A DNA stretch of 64,000 nucleotides from NCBI RefSeq assembly GCF_040289685.1, contig NZ_PSLQ01000002.1:24387-88386 (forward strand). The letters are read 5' to 3'. Under the pieces are notes generated by a model. It ran no database searches, was not told the origin of the DNA, and saw only the letters and a program-made list of their open reading frames with translations. The first letter of the stretch is position 1. Every line of letters starts with the position of its first letter. Position numbers and translations under genes: made by a program. Positions 28,237 through 36,078 of this stretch are shown here, in pieces. Source of the stretch: Pyrinomonas sp. GTDB lineage: Bacteria; Acidobacteriota; Blastocatellia; Pyrinomonadales; Pyrinomonadaceae.

Positions 28237-28262
28237 GTGCAACGCCTAATTGTTATAAAAGT

Positions 28263-29030
28263 ATGTCTAAATGGCGATGCCGAAGATGCCCTGCGGCCCT
28301 CTGCGCGGCGGTCGCGCTGCTTGGCGTGACTGCTGCCGCGCAGCAGGGCGCGCTGTCGGCGGTGGAGATCATTCGGCGTGCGATTCTGGCGCACGGTGGA
28401 GAGGCGTTTCGTCGCCCGCAGACGCTCGAACTCTGCGGACACGCCACTTATTACCCGCGCGATGGCGGCCCGGCCATCGAGATCGAACGTTTGCGCATTG
28501 CGCGCGTCATCCCGCAAGAGAGTCGGCGCGCGCGTGCGCCCAACGGCAAGGTGCTGGTGGAGGCGTGGAGCGGCGGGCAGCTCTTCTTCCGCGAGGGATT
28601 CGATGGCGCGCGTGCTTGGTCGCAACTGAGCGCGCAGGCACGTCCCATCGCCGAGTACTTGCAACTCGATCGCCATTTCGGTTTTGGCGTCATTCGTTTC
28701 GCCGAGACACCCGGCTTTCGCCTCGAACGGTTGCCTGACGGTGAAGTCGCGGGGCGCCCTGTGTATCGAGTAGCGATCACCGACGTCGAAGGACGCACGA
28801 CGCAATTTGCCATTGACCGCGCGAGCTGGTTGATTCACAAGGTCGAGTTCGATACGCCGCTCGGGCATCACGAACGGATCTACTGGCCGTACGACGCTCG
28901 CGATCGGATCAAAGAAGCGCGTCACGTGCGGCTTATCTTCGCGGGGCACAAGCTCTTCGACGTGTGGTGGGAAGAGGTTCGTTACAACCAGCCGTTGCCG
29001 GATCAAATGTTTGCCGCGCCTAGCAAGTAA
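28263..29030 (+). CDS. Exported hypothetical protein
   Basis: 255 aa with signal peptide (CPAALCAAVALLGVTAAAQQ). Beta-rich with no recognisable catalytic motif. The 355-aa antisense ORF is Arg-rich shadow. Confidence 0.7.
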   Translation: MSKWRCRRCPAALCAAVALLGVTAAAQQGALSAVEIIRRAILAHGGEAFRRPQTLELCGHATYYPRDGGPAIEIERLRIARVIPQESRRARAPNGKVLVEAWSGGQLFFREGFDGARAWSQLSAQARPIAEYLQLDRHFGFGVIRFAETPGFRLERLPDGEVAGRPVYRVAITDVEGRTTQFAIDRASWLIHKVEFDTPLGHHERIYWPYDARDRIKEARHVRLIFAGHKLFDVWWEEVRYNQPLPDQMFAAPSK

Positions 29031-29136
29031 GCGCCGGTGACCGGGACGAGTTTGGAGGAGAGGATGGACTGCCAGTGGGAGGCTCGACAATCGAGCTTTC
29101 GCCCCGGAATAAAACGCAACGAGTTTGGAGGAGGAG

Positions 29137-31197
29137 ATGGGTTACAGGCTCGGCATTGATGTTGGCGGGACTTTCACGGATCTGCTTCTTTTCGATGAAG
29201 AGACAGGGCGCATGGTGCTCGCCAAAGTGCCTTCAACGCCAGCGGACCAGTCGATCGGCGTGCTCAATGGCATTCAGAAGGTCGCTGCGCTCGCCGGCAT
29301 AGATCCGGTGGAGATCGATCTGGTGCTTCATGGAACCACGGTGGCGACCAACGCTGTGCTTGAAGAGAAGGGGGCGCTCGTCGGGTTGATTACGACGCGC
29401 GGCTTTGAGCAGATACTTCACGTCGCACGCTCGCAGACGCCGGGACCTCTCGCCGGTTGGATCATCATGCAAAAGCCCGATCCGCTGGCGCCGCTTCATC
29501 TGACGCGGGGCGTGTCGGCGCGCATGAACGCGCGCGGCGAAGAGTTGGTGCCGCTCGATGAGGAGGAAGTCCGTCGCTTCGTCCGCCAATTGCGCGACGA
29601 AGGGATCCAAGCGTTGACCGTTTCGCTCATCAACTCTTTCGCCAATCCGGCCCACGAGCGGCGCATACGCGATATCGCGCAAGAACTCTGCCCGGACCTG
29701 CCGGTCACTATTTCAACCGACATCTTGCCGGAGTTTCGCGAATACGAACGGACGCTGACCACTGTGATGAATTCGTACGTGCGACCGGTGATGGGCCGTT
29801 ATTTGACCGGCATCGAGAGCAAGCTGCAGCGCGCGCATCTTGCGCCGACCGTCAACATCGTTCGCTCCGATGGCGGCGTGATGTCGCTCGACGGCGCGCG
29901 CGCGAAACCCGTCAACACGCTGCTTTCCGGCCCTTCGGGCGGTGTGGTCGCCGCCAGTTACATCGGTGAACTCACCGGTTATAAGAACGTGCTCTCTTTC
30001 GACATGGGCGGGACTTCGACGGATGTGGCGATCTCGACGGGCGGCGAACCGCGCATTGTGCGCGAAACGCGCATCGGCTACTACCCGGTCAAAGCGGCTG
30101 CCGTGGATGTCCGAAGCGTCGGCGCTGGCGGCGGTTCCATCGCGCACGTGCCGATCACCGGAGCTTTGCGCGTCGGTCCACAATCGGCGGGCGCCGAACC
30201 CGGACCGGCAGCTTACGGTGCGGGCGGGATGGAGCCGACCGTGACCGATGCCAACGTCGTACTGGGCCACCTGCCGCCCCGCTTGCTCGGCGGCGAGATG
30301 CAGCTCGATGTTGAGGCGGCGCGCCGCGCCGTTGCTAGGATCGGCGACGCGCTTGGGCTTTCGGTCGAAGAAGCGGCACAAGGGATCATCGACATCGTCA
30401 ACGAGAATATGTTCGGCGCGTTACGGCTCGTCTCGGTGCAGCGCGGTTACGACCCGCGCGATTTCGCGTTGGTCGCTTTCGGCGGTGCCGGACCGCTTCA
30501 CGCCAACGCCTTGGCGCAGCTGTCGGGCGCGTGGCCAGCGATCATCCCGCCGACGCCGGGCGTGCTCTCGGCGCTCGGTTTTCTCCATTCGGACATTCGC
30601 AGCGAGTTTTCGCAGACGGTGATCCGCACGCTCGCTTCAATCGACGCGGGCGAGTTCGCGCGGATCTTCGCTGCTTTGGACGAACGGGCGCGCGAGTGGT
30701 TGGAGAGCGAGGGCATTCCGGCTGAACGGCAAGCGCTGGACTACCAAATAGACGTGCGTTATCACCGTCAAGGGTATGAGTTTCCGGTGCGCGTGCACCC
30801 CGATCAATTCGAGTCCGAAGAGGGCATGGAGAAATTCATCGCCGACTTCAAGGGGATTCACGAAAGGAACTACGGTTTCAACATCGACTCCTTGATCGAG
30901 ATCGTCAACTTGCGCGTGGTCGGCATCGGTTTGGTCCGCAAGGTCGAGCTGCAGCGTGTGGCATCGGACGGAACGCGCGTCGAGGAGGCGATGGTGGAGA
31001 CGCATCGCGCCTATTTCAGCGGCAAGGCGATGGAGACACCCATCTACGACCGCGACCGATTGCGCCCTGGCCACATTTTGCGTGGACCAGCCGTCATCAC
31101 GCAGCGGGATGCGACCACGATCATCCTGCCCGAACACTACGGGCAGGTCGATGAGTACCTCAACATACTGATCTATCCAGATGGCAAAGGACGGTGA
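29137..31197 (+). CDS. hyuA: Hydantoinase/oxoprolinase family, A subunit (HyuA-type, ATP-dependent)
   Basis: Trimmed to ATG 29137 behind GGAGGAGGAG. MGYRLGIDVGGTFTDLL start and second ASKHA-type motif FDMGGTSTDV. 686 aa. Confidence 0.92.
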   Translation: MGYRLGIDVGGTFTDLLLFDEETGRMVLAKVPSTPADQSIGVLNGIQKVAALAGIDPVEIDLVLHGTTVATNAVLEEKGALVGLITTRGFEQILHVARSQTPGPLAGWIIMQKPDPLAPLHLTRGVSARMNARGEELVPLDEEEVRRFVRQLRDEGIQALTVSLINSFANPAHERRIRDIAQELCPDLPVTISTDILPEFREYERTLTTVMNSYVRPVMGRYLTGIESKLQRAHLAPTVNIVRSDGGVMSLDGARAKPVNTLLSGPSGGVVAASYIGELTGYKNVLSFDMGGTSTDVAISTGGEPRIVRETRIGYYPVKAAAVDVRSVGAGGGSIAHVPITGALRVGPQSAGAEPGPAAYGAGGMEPTVTDANVVLGHLPPRLLGGEMQLDVEAARRAVARIGDALGLSVEEAAQGIIDIVNENMFGALRLVSVQRGYDPRDFALVAFGGAGPLHANALAQLSGAWPAIIPPTPGVLSALGFLHSDIRSEFSQTVIRTLASIDAGEFARIFAALDERAREWLESEGIPAERQALDYQIDVRYHRQGYEFPVRVHPDQFESEEGMEKFIADFKGIHERNYGFNIDSLIEIVNLRVVGIGLVRKVELQRVASDGTRVEEAMVETHRAYFSGKAMETPIYDRDRLRPGHILRGPAVITQRDATTIILPEHYGQVDEYLNILIYPDGKGR

Positions 31198-33020
31198 AAA
31201 GCGTCATGGCTGAACTCGATAAGATAACGCTCGACATCATCGAGAACGCGCTACGCAACACGCGCCACGAGATGGATGCCGTCCTCTTTCGCTCGGCGAT
31301 GTCGCCGGTGATACGCGAGCAGCACGACGGCTTTCCGATGATCTGCGATCCACAAGGGCGCATGGTCGTCGGTCAATTCGGCTCTTACATCGCCGGTTTC
31401 ATCCAGCAGTGGAAGCGCGGCATCGCCGAGGGCGATGTCTTTCTGGTATCGGACCCCTACTCTTGCCGCGGGGCCATCTCGCACATCAACGATTGGATGG
31501 TTTTGCTGCCGATCTTCTACGATGGCGAGCTGGTCGGATGGGGATCGCAATTCGGTCACACGGTCGATGTCGGCGGTCCCGTTTCAGGCAGCTTGCCGAC
31601 TGATGCGACCACCATCTTCGGCGAGGGGATGCGCATTCCGCCGGTTAAGCTCTTCGATCGCGGCGAGCTGAACGCGGATGTGCTCGATCTGATCCTGACC
31701 AACACGCGCGTGCCCGTGATGAACTACTTCGATCTGATGGCGATCGTCGCCGCCTGTCGCACGGCCGATAAGCGTGTGCGCGAGCTGTGCGACCGTTTCG
31801 GCAAGCAGACCTATCTCGCCGCCTGCGAAGCGTTGCTCGACCGCACCTATCGCGCGATGGGCGCGCTCATCGAGAAGAACTTGCCGACCGAGCCGGTGTC
31901 GTTCGACGATTACGTGGACGACGATGGACGCGGCAACGGCCCGTTCAAGATGAAGTTGACCATCTGGCGCGAGGGCAACGTCGGCCATTTCGATTGGACC
32001 GGCACTGACCCACAGGCGCCCGGTCCGGTCAACTTCCTCCTGAACGAAGAGATGTTCAAGATGTTCATCGGCGTCTATCTGATCATGGTCTTCGATCCTC
32101 AGATACTCTTCAACGATGGTTTCTACCCGTTGCTCAAAGTCAAGATCCCAGAAGGGAGCTTGCTACAGCCGCGTTTTCCCGCTGCGCTCGGTTGCCGCAC
32201 GCACGCGCTTGCGCGTCTGTTCGACGTCCTCGGCGGCGCGCTGGGACGTCAAGCGCCGGAGCTGTCAACCGCTGCCGGCTACGGAACGTCGCCCTATCTG
32301 CTTTACAACGGTTACGACGAAAAAGGCGAGTTCTTCCACTTGATGGAGATCACCTACGGCGGCATTCCGGGGCGCCCGCTCGGCGACGGCATGGACGCGC
32401 ATTCTTGGTGGCCGCTCTTCGAAAACATCCCGACCGAGTACTTGGAAAGTTACTATCCGATCACCGTGCTCGAATACGGAAGCCTTCCGGATTCGGGCGG
32501 CGCTGGCTACCATCGCGGCGGCAACGGCGTGCACAAAGTCTACCGCTTCGAAGTGGACGGCGAGATCGCTGTTCACGACGATCGCGAACGGTCCCAACCG
32601 TGGGGCATTCTGGGCGGTTTGCCGGGCCAGTCATCGTCGAAGCTGCTGGGGGAGCCATTGCCGTCGAAGATCTCTCAAGTCCCGGTGCGCAAAGGCGACA
32701 TGCTCATCTACCGAACGGCGGGTGGTGGCGGATGGCGCGATCCGTTGGACCGGCCCGTGGAATGGGTGCTTAAAGATGTGCGCAACGGACTCGTGTCGCG
32801 CGAAAAGGCTGAGCGCGATTACGGCGTCGTGATCGTCGAGGAAGATGGTAAACTCGTCGTCGATCGAGAACGGACCGAGAAGGAACGCGCGCAGAAGAAA
32901 CGGGAGCGAGGCGAAGTGCAGATCTTCACCTTCGGGCCGGAACCGGAACCGATCGGCATCGTGCGCGAGTGGCGCCGCGCGCAAGCGCCGACGCAGAGCG
33001 GCGAACCAGCGCATGCTTGA
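31194..33020 (+). CDS. hyuB: Hydantoinase B/oxoprolinase family, B subunit (HyuB-type)
   Basis: 608 aa. DKITLDIIENALRNTRHEMDAVLFRSAMSPVIREQHD start typical of HyuB. GTG 31194 overlaps the hyuA stop (GTGA); ATG 31206 is an alternative. Confidence 0.92.
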   Translation: MKSVMAELDKITLDIIENALRNTRHEMDAVLFRSAMSPVIREQHDGFPMICDPQGRMVVGQFGSYIAGFIQQWKRGIAEGDVFLVSDPYSCRGAISHINDWMVLLPIFYDGELVGWGSQFGHTVDVGGPVSGSLPTDATTIFGEGMRIPPVKLFDRGELNADVLDLILTNTRVPVMNYFDLMAIVAACRTADKRVRELCDRFGKQTYLAACEALLDRTYRAMGALIEKNLPTEPVSFDDYVDDDGRGNGPFKMKLTIWREGNVGHFDWTGTDPQAPGPVNFLLNEEMFKMFIGVYLIMVFDPQILFNDGFYPLLKVKIPEGSLLQPRFPAALGCRTHALARLFDVLGGALGRQAPELSTAAGYGTSPYLLYNGYDEKGEFFHLMEITYGGIPGRPLGDGMDAHSWWPLFENIPTEYLESYYPITVLEYGSLPDSGGAGYHRGGNGVHKVYRFEVDGEIAVHDDRERSQPWGILGGLPGQSSSKLLGEPLPSKISQVPVRKGDMLIYRTAGGGGWRDPLDRPVEWVLKDVRNGLVSREKAERDYGVVIVEEDGKLVVDRERTEKERAQKKRERGEVQIFTFGPEPEPIGIVREWRRAQAPTQSGEPAHA

Positions 33021-33153
33021 GGGGCGCGCCGCAGTGGTGGTTCATTCGACGACGGCGCGTTATCGCGTGCGCAAAGGGGCGCGAACGTGGACCGACCGGG
33101 AATAGATCCATGCGTTCGTGACGTATCTCGATTCGCGGTAGATCGGGGCGGGC

Positions 33154-33813
33154 GTGGACCAACAGGAAATGGACCTTGAGCGTTTGTATGTCGAGCGCGG
33201 TTTTCGCGGTCGCGTCGGTTTCGGCGTGCGTCCTGCGCTTCTCATCATCGATTTGATTCGCGCTTTCACCGATCCGCGCTCGCCGCTTGGCTGCGACCTC
33301 GAAGGCGTGGTCGCCGCGACGCGCGACCTGCTCGACAAAGCGCGCGCAGCGATGATCGGCGTTCACTTTACGACCACCGCCTACGTCGAAGGTTATGCCG
33401 ACGCCGGGCTTTTCATCCGCAAGGTGCCGAGCCTCGCGCTGTTGCGCGCAGGCGACCCGGCGGTGGAGATCGACGGGCGACTGCAACCGTTGCCAAACGA
33501 GTGCGTATGGTGCAAAAAGTATGCGAGCGCATTCTTCGGCACAGCGCTCGCTGCGACGTTGACGGCGACGGGCGTTGACACGTTGCTGATCGCCGGGTGC
33601 ACTACCTCTGGTTGTGTGCGCGCCTCGGCGGTGGACGCTTGCCAGCACGGGTTTCGCCCCATCGTCGTGCGCGAAGCGGTGGGTGACCGCGCGCCAGCAC
33701 CGCACGAAGCGAATCTGTTGGACATCGATGCCAAGTATGGCGACGTCGTCTCGCTCGACGAGGCGTTGAACTACCTCGCACGATTTGGTGACTCCGGCGA
33801 CCGATCAAGGTGA
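33154..33813 (+). CDS. Isochorismatase-family cysteine hydrolase (N-carbamoylsarcosine amidase/maleamate amidohydrolase-like)
   Basis: 219 aa. Triad contexts PALLIIDL (Asp), WCKKYASAFFGT (Lys), LLIAGCTTSGCVRAS (Cys). The start could be GTG 33154 or ATG 33169. Confidence 0.85.
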   Translation: MDQQEMDLERLYVERGFRGRVGFGVRPALLIIDLIRAFTDPRSPLGCDLEGVVAATRDLLDKARAAMIGVHFTTTAYVEGYADAGLFIRKVPSLALLRAGDPAVEIDGRLQPLPNECVWCKKYASAFFGTALAATLTATGVDTLLIAGCTTSGCVRASAVDACQHGFRPIVVREAVGDRAPAPHEANLLDIDAKYGDVVSLDEALNYLARFGDSGDRSR

Positions 33814-33817
33814 AGAG

Positions 33818-35032
33818 ATGAGTGAACAGCGCGTGCAACGACGCCCGCTCGCAGGGCTCAGGGTCTTGGAGATGGGGCAGCTTCTCGCCGGGCCTTTTGC
33901 CGCGGCGATGCTTGCCGGTTTCGGCGCCGAAGTGATCAAGATCGAACGCCCGCGCACGGGGGATCCGATCCGCAGGTGGCGCAAGATCTACCGCGGAACC
34001 TCTTTGTGGTGGCTTTCGCTCGGTCGAAACAAAAAGTCCATCACGCTGGATCTGACGCGCCCCGAAGGGCAACAGGTCGCACGCCGTTTGGCAGCCAAAG
34101 TCGATCTGCTGCTCGAGAATTTCAAGCCGGGGACGCTCGAGCGTTGGGGAATGTCTTACGAAGAGTTGCGCGAACTGAACCCTCGGCTCATCATGGTGCG
34201 CGTCTCCGGATGGGGACAGACTGGACCGTACGCGAGCCGTCCGGGATACGCCAACGTCGCCGAAGCGATGGGCGGAATACGCTACACGACCGGGTATCCG
34301 GATCGTCCGCCGGTGCGCACCGGCGTCTCGCTTGGCGATACATTGGCCGGATTGCATGCCGCGTTGGGCGCGCTCGTCGCCATCTATCACCGCGACGTGC
34401 ATGCGACCGGTCAAGGACAGGTGGTCGATGTCGCCATCTACGAGGCGGTCTTCAACATGATGGAATCGATGCTCGCTGAATATGACAAACTGGGCTTCGT
34501 ACGCGAGCGGACCGGACCGAAGCTTGAAGGGATCGTGCCGACTTCGACCTACCGTTGCGCCGACGGCAAGTACATCGTCATCGGCGGCAATGGCGATTCG
34601 ATCTTCAAGCGTTTGATGCATGCCATCGAACGGCCAGACCTTGCCGAAGATCCGCGGCTGGCCCATAACGATGGCCGCGTCACGCATGAGGAGATGATCG
34701 ATCGAGCCATCGAAGAGTGGACCAGTCGGCATCCTTACGAGGTGGTCTTTCGGCGTCTGACCGACGCGGAAGTGCCGTGCGGGCCGATCTACTCGATCGC
34801 CGACATCGTGCGCGACGAGCATTACATTGCGCGCGGCATGTTCGAAGAGGTAGACCTCGGCGATGGCGACAAAGTTAAGATACCGAGCGTCGTGCCGAAA
34901 CTGACGGCGACGCCTGGGGGCACGGACTGGCCGGGGCCGCCGCTCGGCGCGCACAACCATGAGATCTACCGCGGATTGCTCGGCATGAGCGAAGAGGAGC
35001 TGCAGCAGTTGCAAGAGGCCGGTGTGATCTGA
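33818..35032 (+). CDS. Family III CoA-transferase (CaiB/BaiF type)
   Basis: Trimmed to ATG 33818, 4 nt after the preceding stop. PLAGLRVLEMGQLLAGPFAAAMLAGFGAEVIKIE, and the Asp context GVSLGDTLAGLHAALGAL. Confidence 0.9.
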   Translation: MSEQRVQRRPLAGLRVLEMGQLLAGPFAAAMLAGFGAEVIKIERPRTGDPIRRWRKIYRGTSLWWLSLGRNKKSITLDLTRPEGQQVARRLAAKVDLLLENFKPGTLERWGMSYEELRELNPRLIMVRVSGWGQTGPYASRPGYANVAEAMGGIRYTTGYPDRPPVRTGVSLGDTLAGLHAALGALVAIYHRDVHATGQGQVVDVAIYEAVFNMMESMLAEYDKLGFVRERTGPKLEGIVPTSTYRCADGKYIVIGGNGDSIFKRLMHAIERPDLAEDPRLAHNDGRVTHEEMIDRAIEEWTSRHPYEVVFRRLTDAEVPCGPIYSIADIVRDEHYIARGMFEEVDLGDGDKVKIPSVVPKLTATPGGTDWPGPPLGAHNHEIYRGLLGMSEEELQQLQEAGVI

Positions 35033-35128
35033 AGACCACAGGGTCGGCTTTCGCGCGCCGCGGCGAGATCCCGAGAAACTTGTCCTTTTGGTCTTCTCGT
35101 CGGTTTGCGTGTGAAAAGGGGAAAAACT

Positions 35129-36013
35129 TTGAACCGCGTCCGCCGCGTCCAAATCGTCGAGGTCGCTTTGCGCGATGGCTTGCAGTCGGTGCGCGAGTTT
35201 GTTCCCACCGAGGAGAAGCTCGCGCTCGTCCGACGTCTGATCAACGCTGGCGTCCGGCGCATCGAAGCGACAGCCTTCGTCAGTCCGCGTTGGGTGCCGC
35301 AGATGAGCGATGCCGAGCAGTTGATGGCGCGTGTGCCGCGCGGCGGCGGAACGGAATACATGGCCTTGGTGGTCAACGAACGCGGCTATCAGCGGGCGCT
35401 GGCGGCGCGAGTTGATTGGCTTTGCTACGTGGTCGCTGCCACGGAGGCGATCAGCCGCAGCAACGCAAACATGAGCTTGCGCGAGGCTTTGGAGCTTGCC
35501 CGCAGAGTGATCGCACAAGCCAAGAAAGACGGTTTGCGAGTGCGCGGCTCGATCGGCGTCGCGTGGGTTTGTCCATACGAGGGCGAAGTGCCCGCCGCGC
35601 GCACGCTCGATATCGCCGCCGAGTTGATCCTCGCTGGAGCCGACGAGATCTCTTTCAACGATACCACCGGGAAGGCGACTCCAGAGCGGACTTATGCCCT
35701 GTTTGCCGAAGCGCGCGGACGCTGGCCACACCTTTCGTTTGCGGCACACCTACACGACACCACCGGCATGGCGCTCGACAACATCAAGGCTGCGATGAAA
35801 GCGGGCGTGGCCGTGTTCGATGCGGCAGTGGGCGGTTTAGGCGGTTGCCCGTTTACGCCGGGCGCGCCTGGCAACGTGGCCACTGAAAGGGTCGTCGCCA
35901 TGCTGGAGGAGTTGGGCGTCGAGACCGACATCGATCTTCGAACTTTGCGCGAAATCGCCCGCGACTACGCGAGTTGGATGCTGCATCCTTCATCCTCTCG
36001 CTCGAAGGGATGA
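35129..36013 (+). CDS. HMG-CoA-lyase-family (DRE-TIM) enzyme
   Basis: VQIVEVALRDGLQS, HLHDTTGMALDN, VGGLGGCPF. The start is probably TTG 35129 behind AAGGGGA; the ORF track starts at TTG 35105. Confidence 0.85.
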   Translation: MNRVRRVQIVEVALRDGLQSVREFVPTEEKLALVRRLINAGVRRIEATAFVSPRWVPQMSDAEQLMARVPRGGGTEYMALVVNERGYQRALAARVDWLCYVVAATEAISRSNANMSLREALELARRVIAQAKKDGLRVRGSIGVAWVCPYEGEVPAARTLDIAAELILAGADEISFNDTTGKATPERTYALFAEARGRWPHLSFAAHLHDTTGMALDNIKAAMKAGVAVFDAAVGGLGGCPFTPGAPGNVATERVVAMLEELGVETDIDLRTLREIARDYASWMLHPSSSRSKG

Positions 36014-36078
36014 CGGTTCAACTGATTCGCGCGACGCGGTTTCGACTCGCGCCGGATCTCCATCGACGAACGGGTTGA

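Noticed and set aside
28023-29090. 355-aa minus-strand ORF
   Set aside because: Antisense to the exported-protein gene 28263-29030, which has a signal peptide and sits behind a consensus promoter. The minus-strand product is Arg-rich and would run through the divergent promoter region.
33086-33168. Second possible duplicated start module (cgtggacc..) upstream of the isochorismatase-like gene
   Set aside because: Only 8 contiguous identical bases plus scattered matches, which is within chance expectation for this composition.
33602-35749. 715-aa minus-strand ORF, the longest non-annotated ORF in the window
   Set aside because: It lies entirely antisense to the CoA-transferase and HMG-CoA-lyase-like genes, which have clear family motifs. 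Its translation is Arg/His/Ala-rich with no motif or start context. This is a typical shadow ORF of a GC-rich genome.
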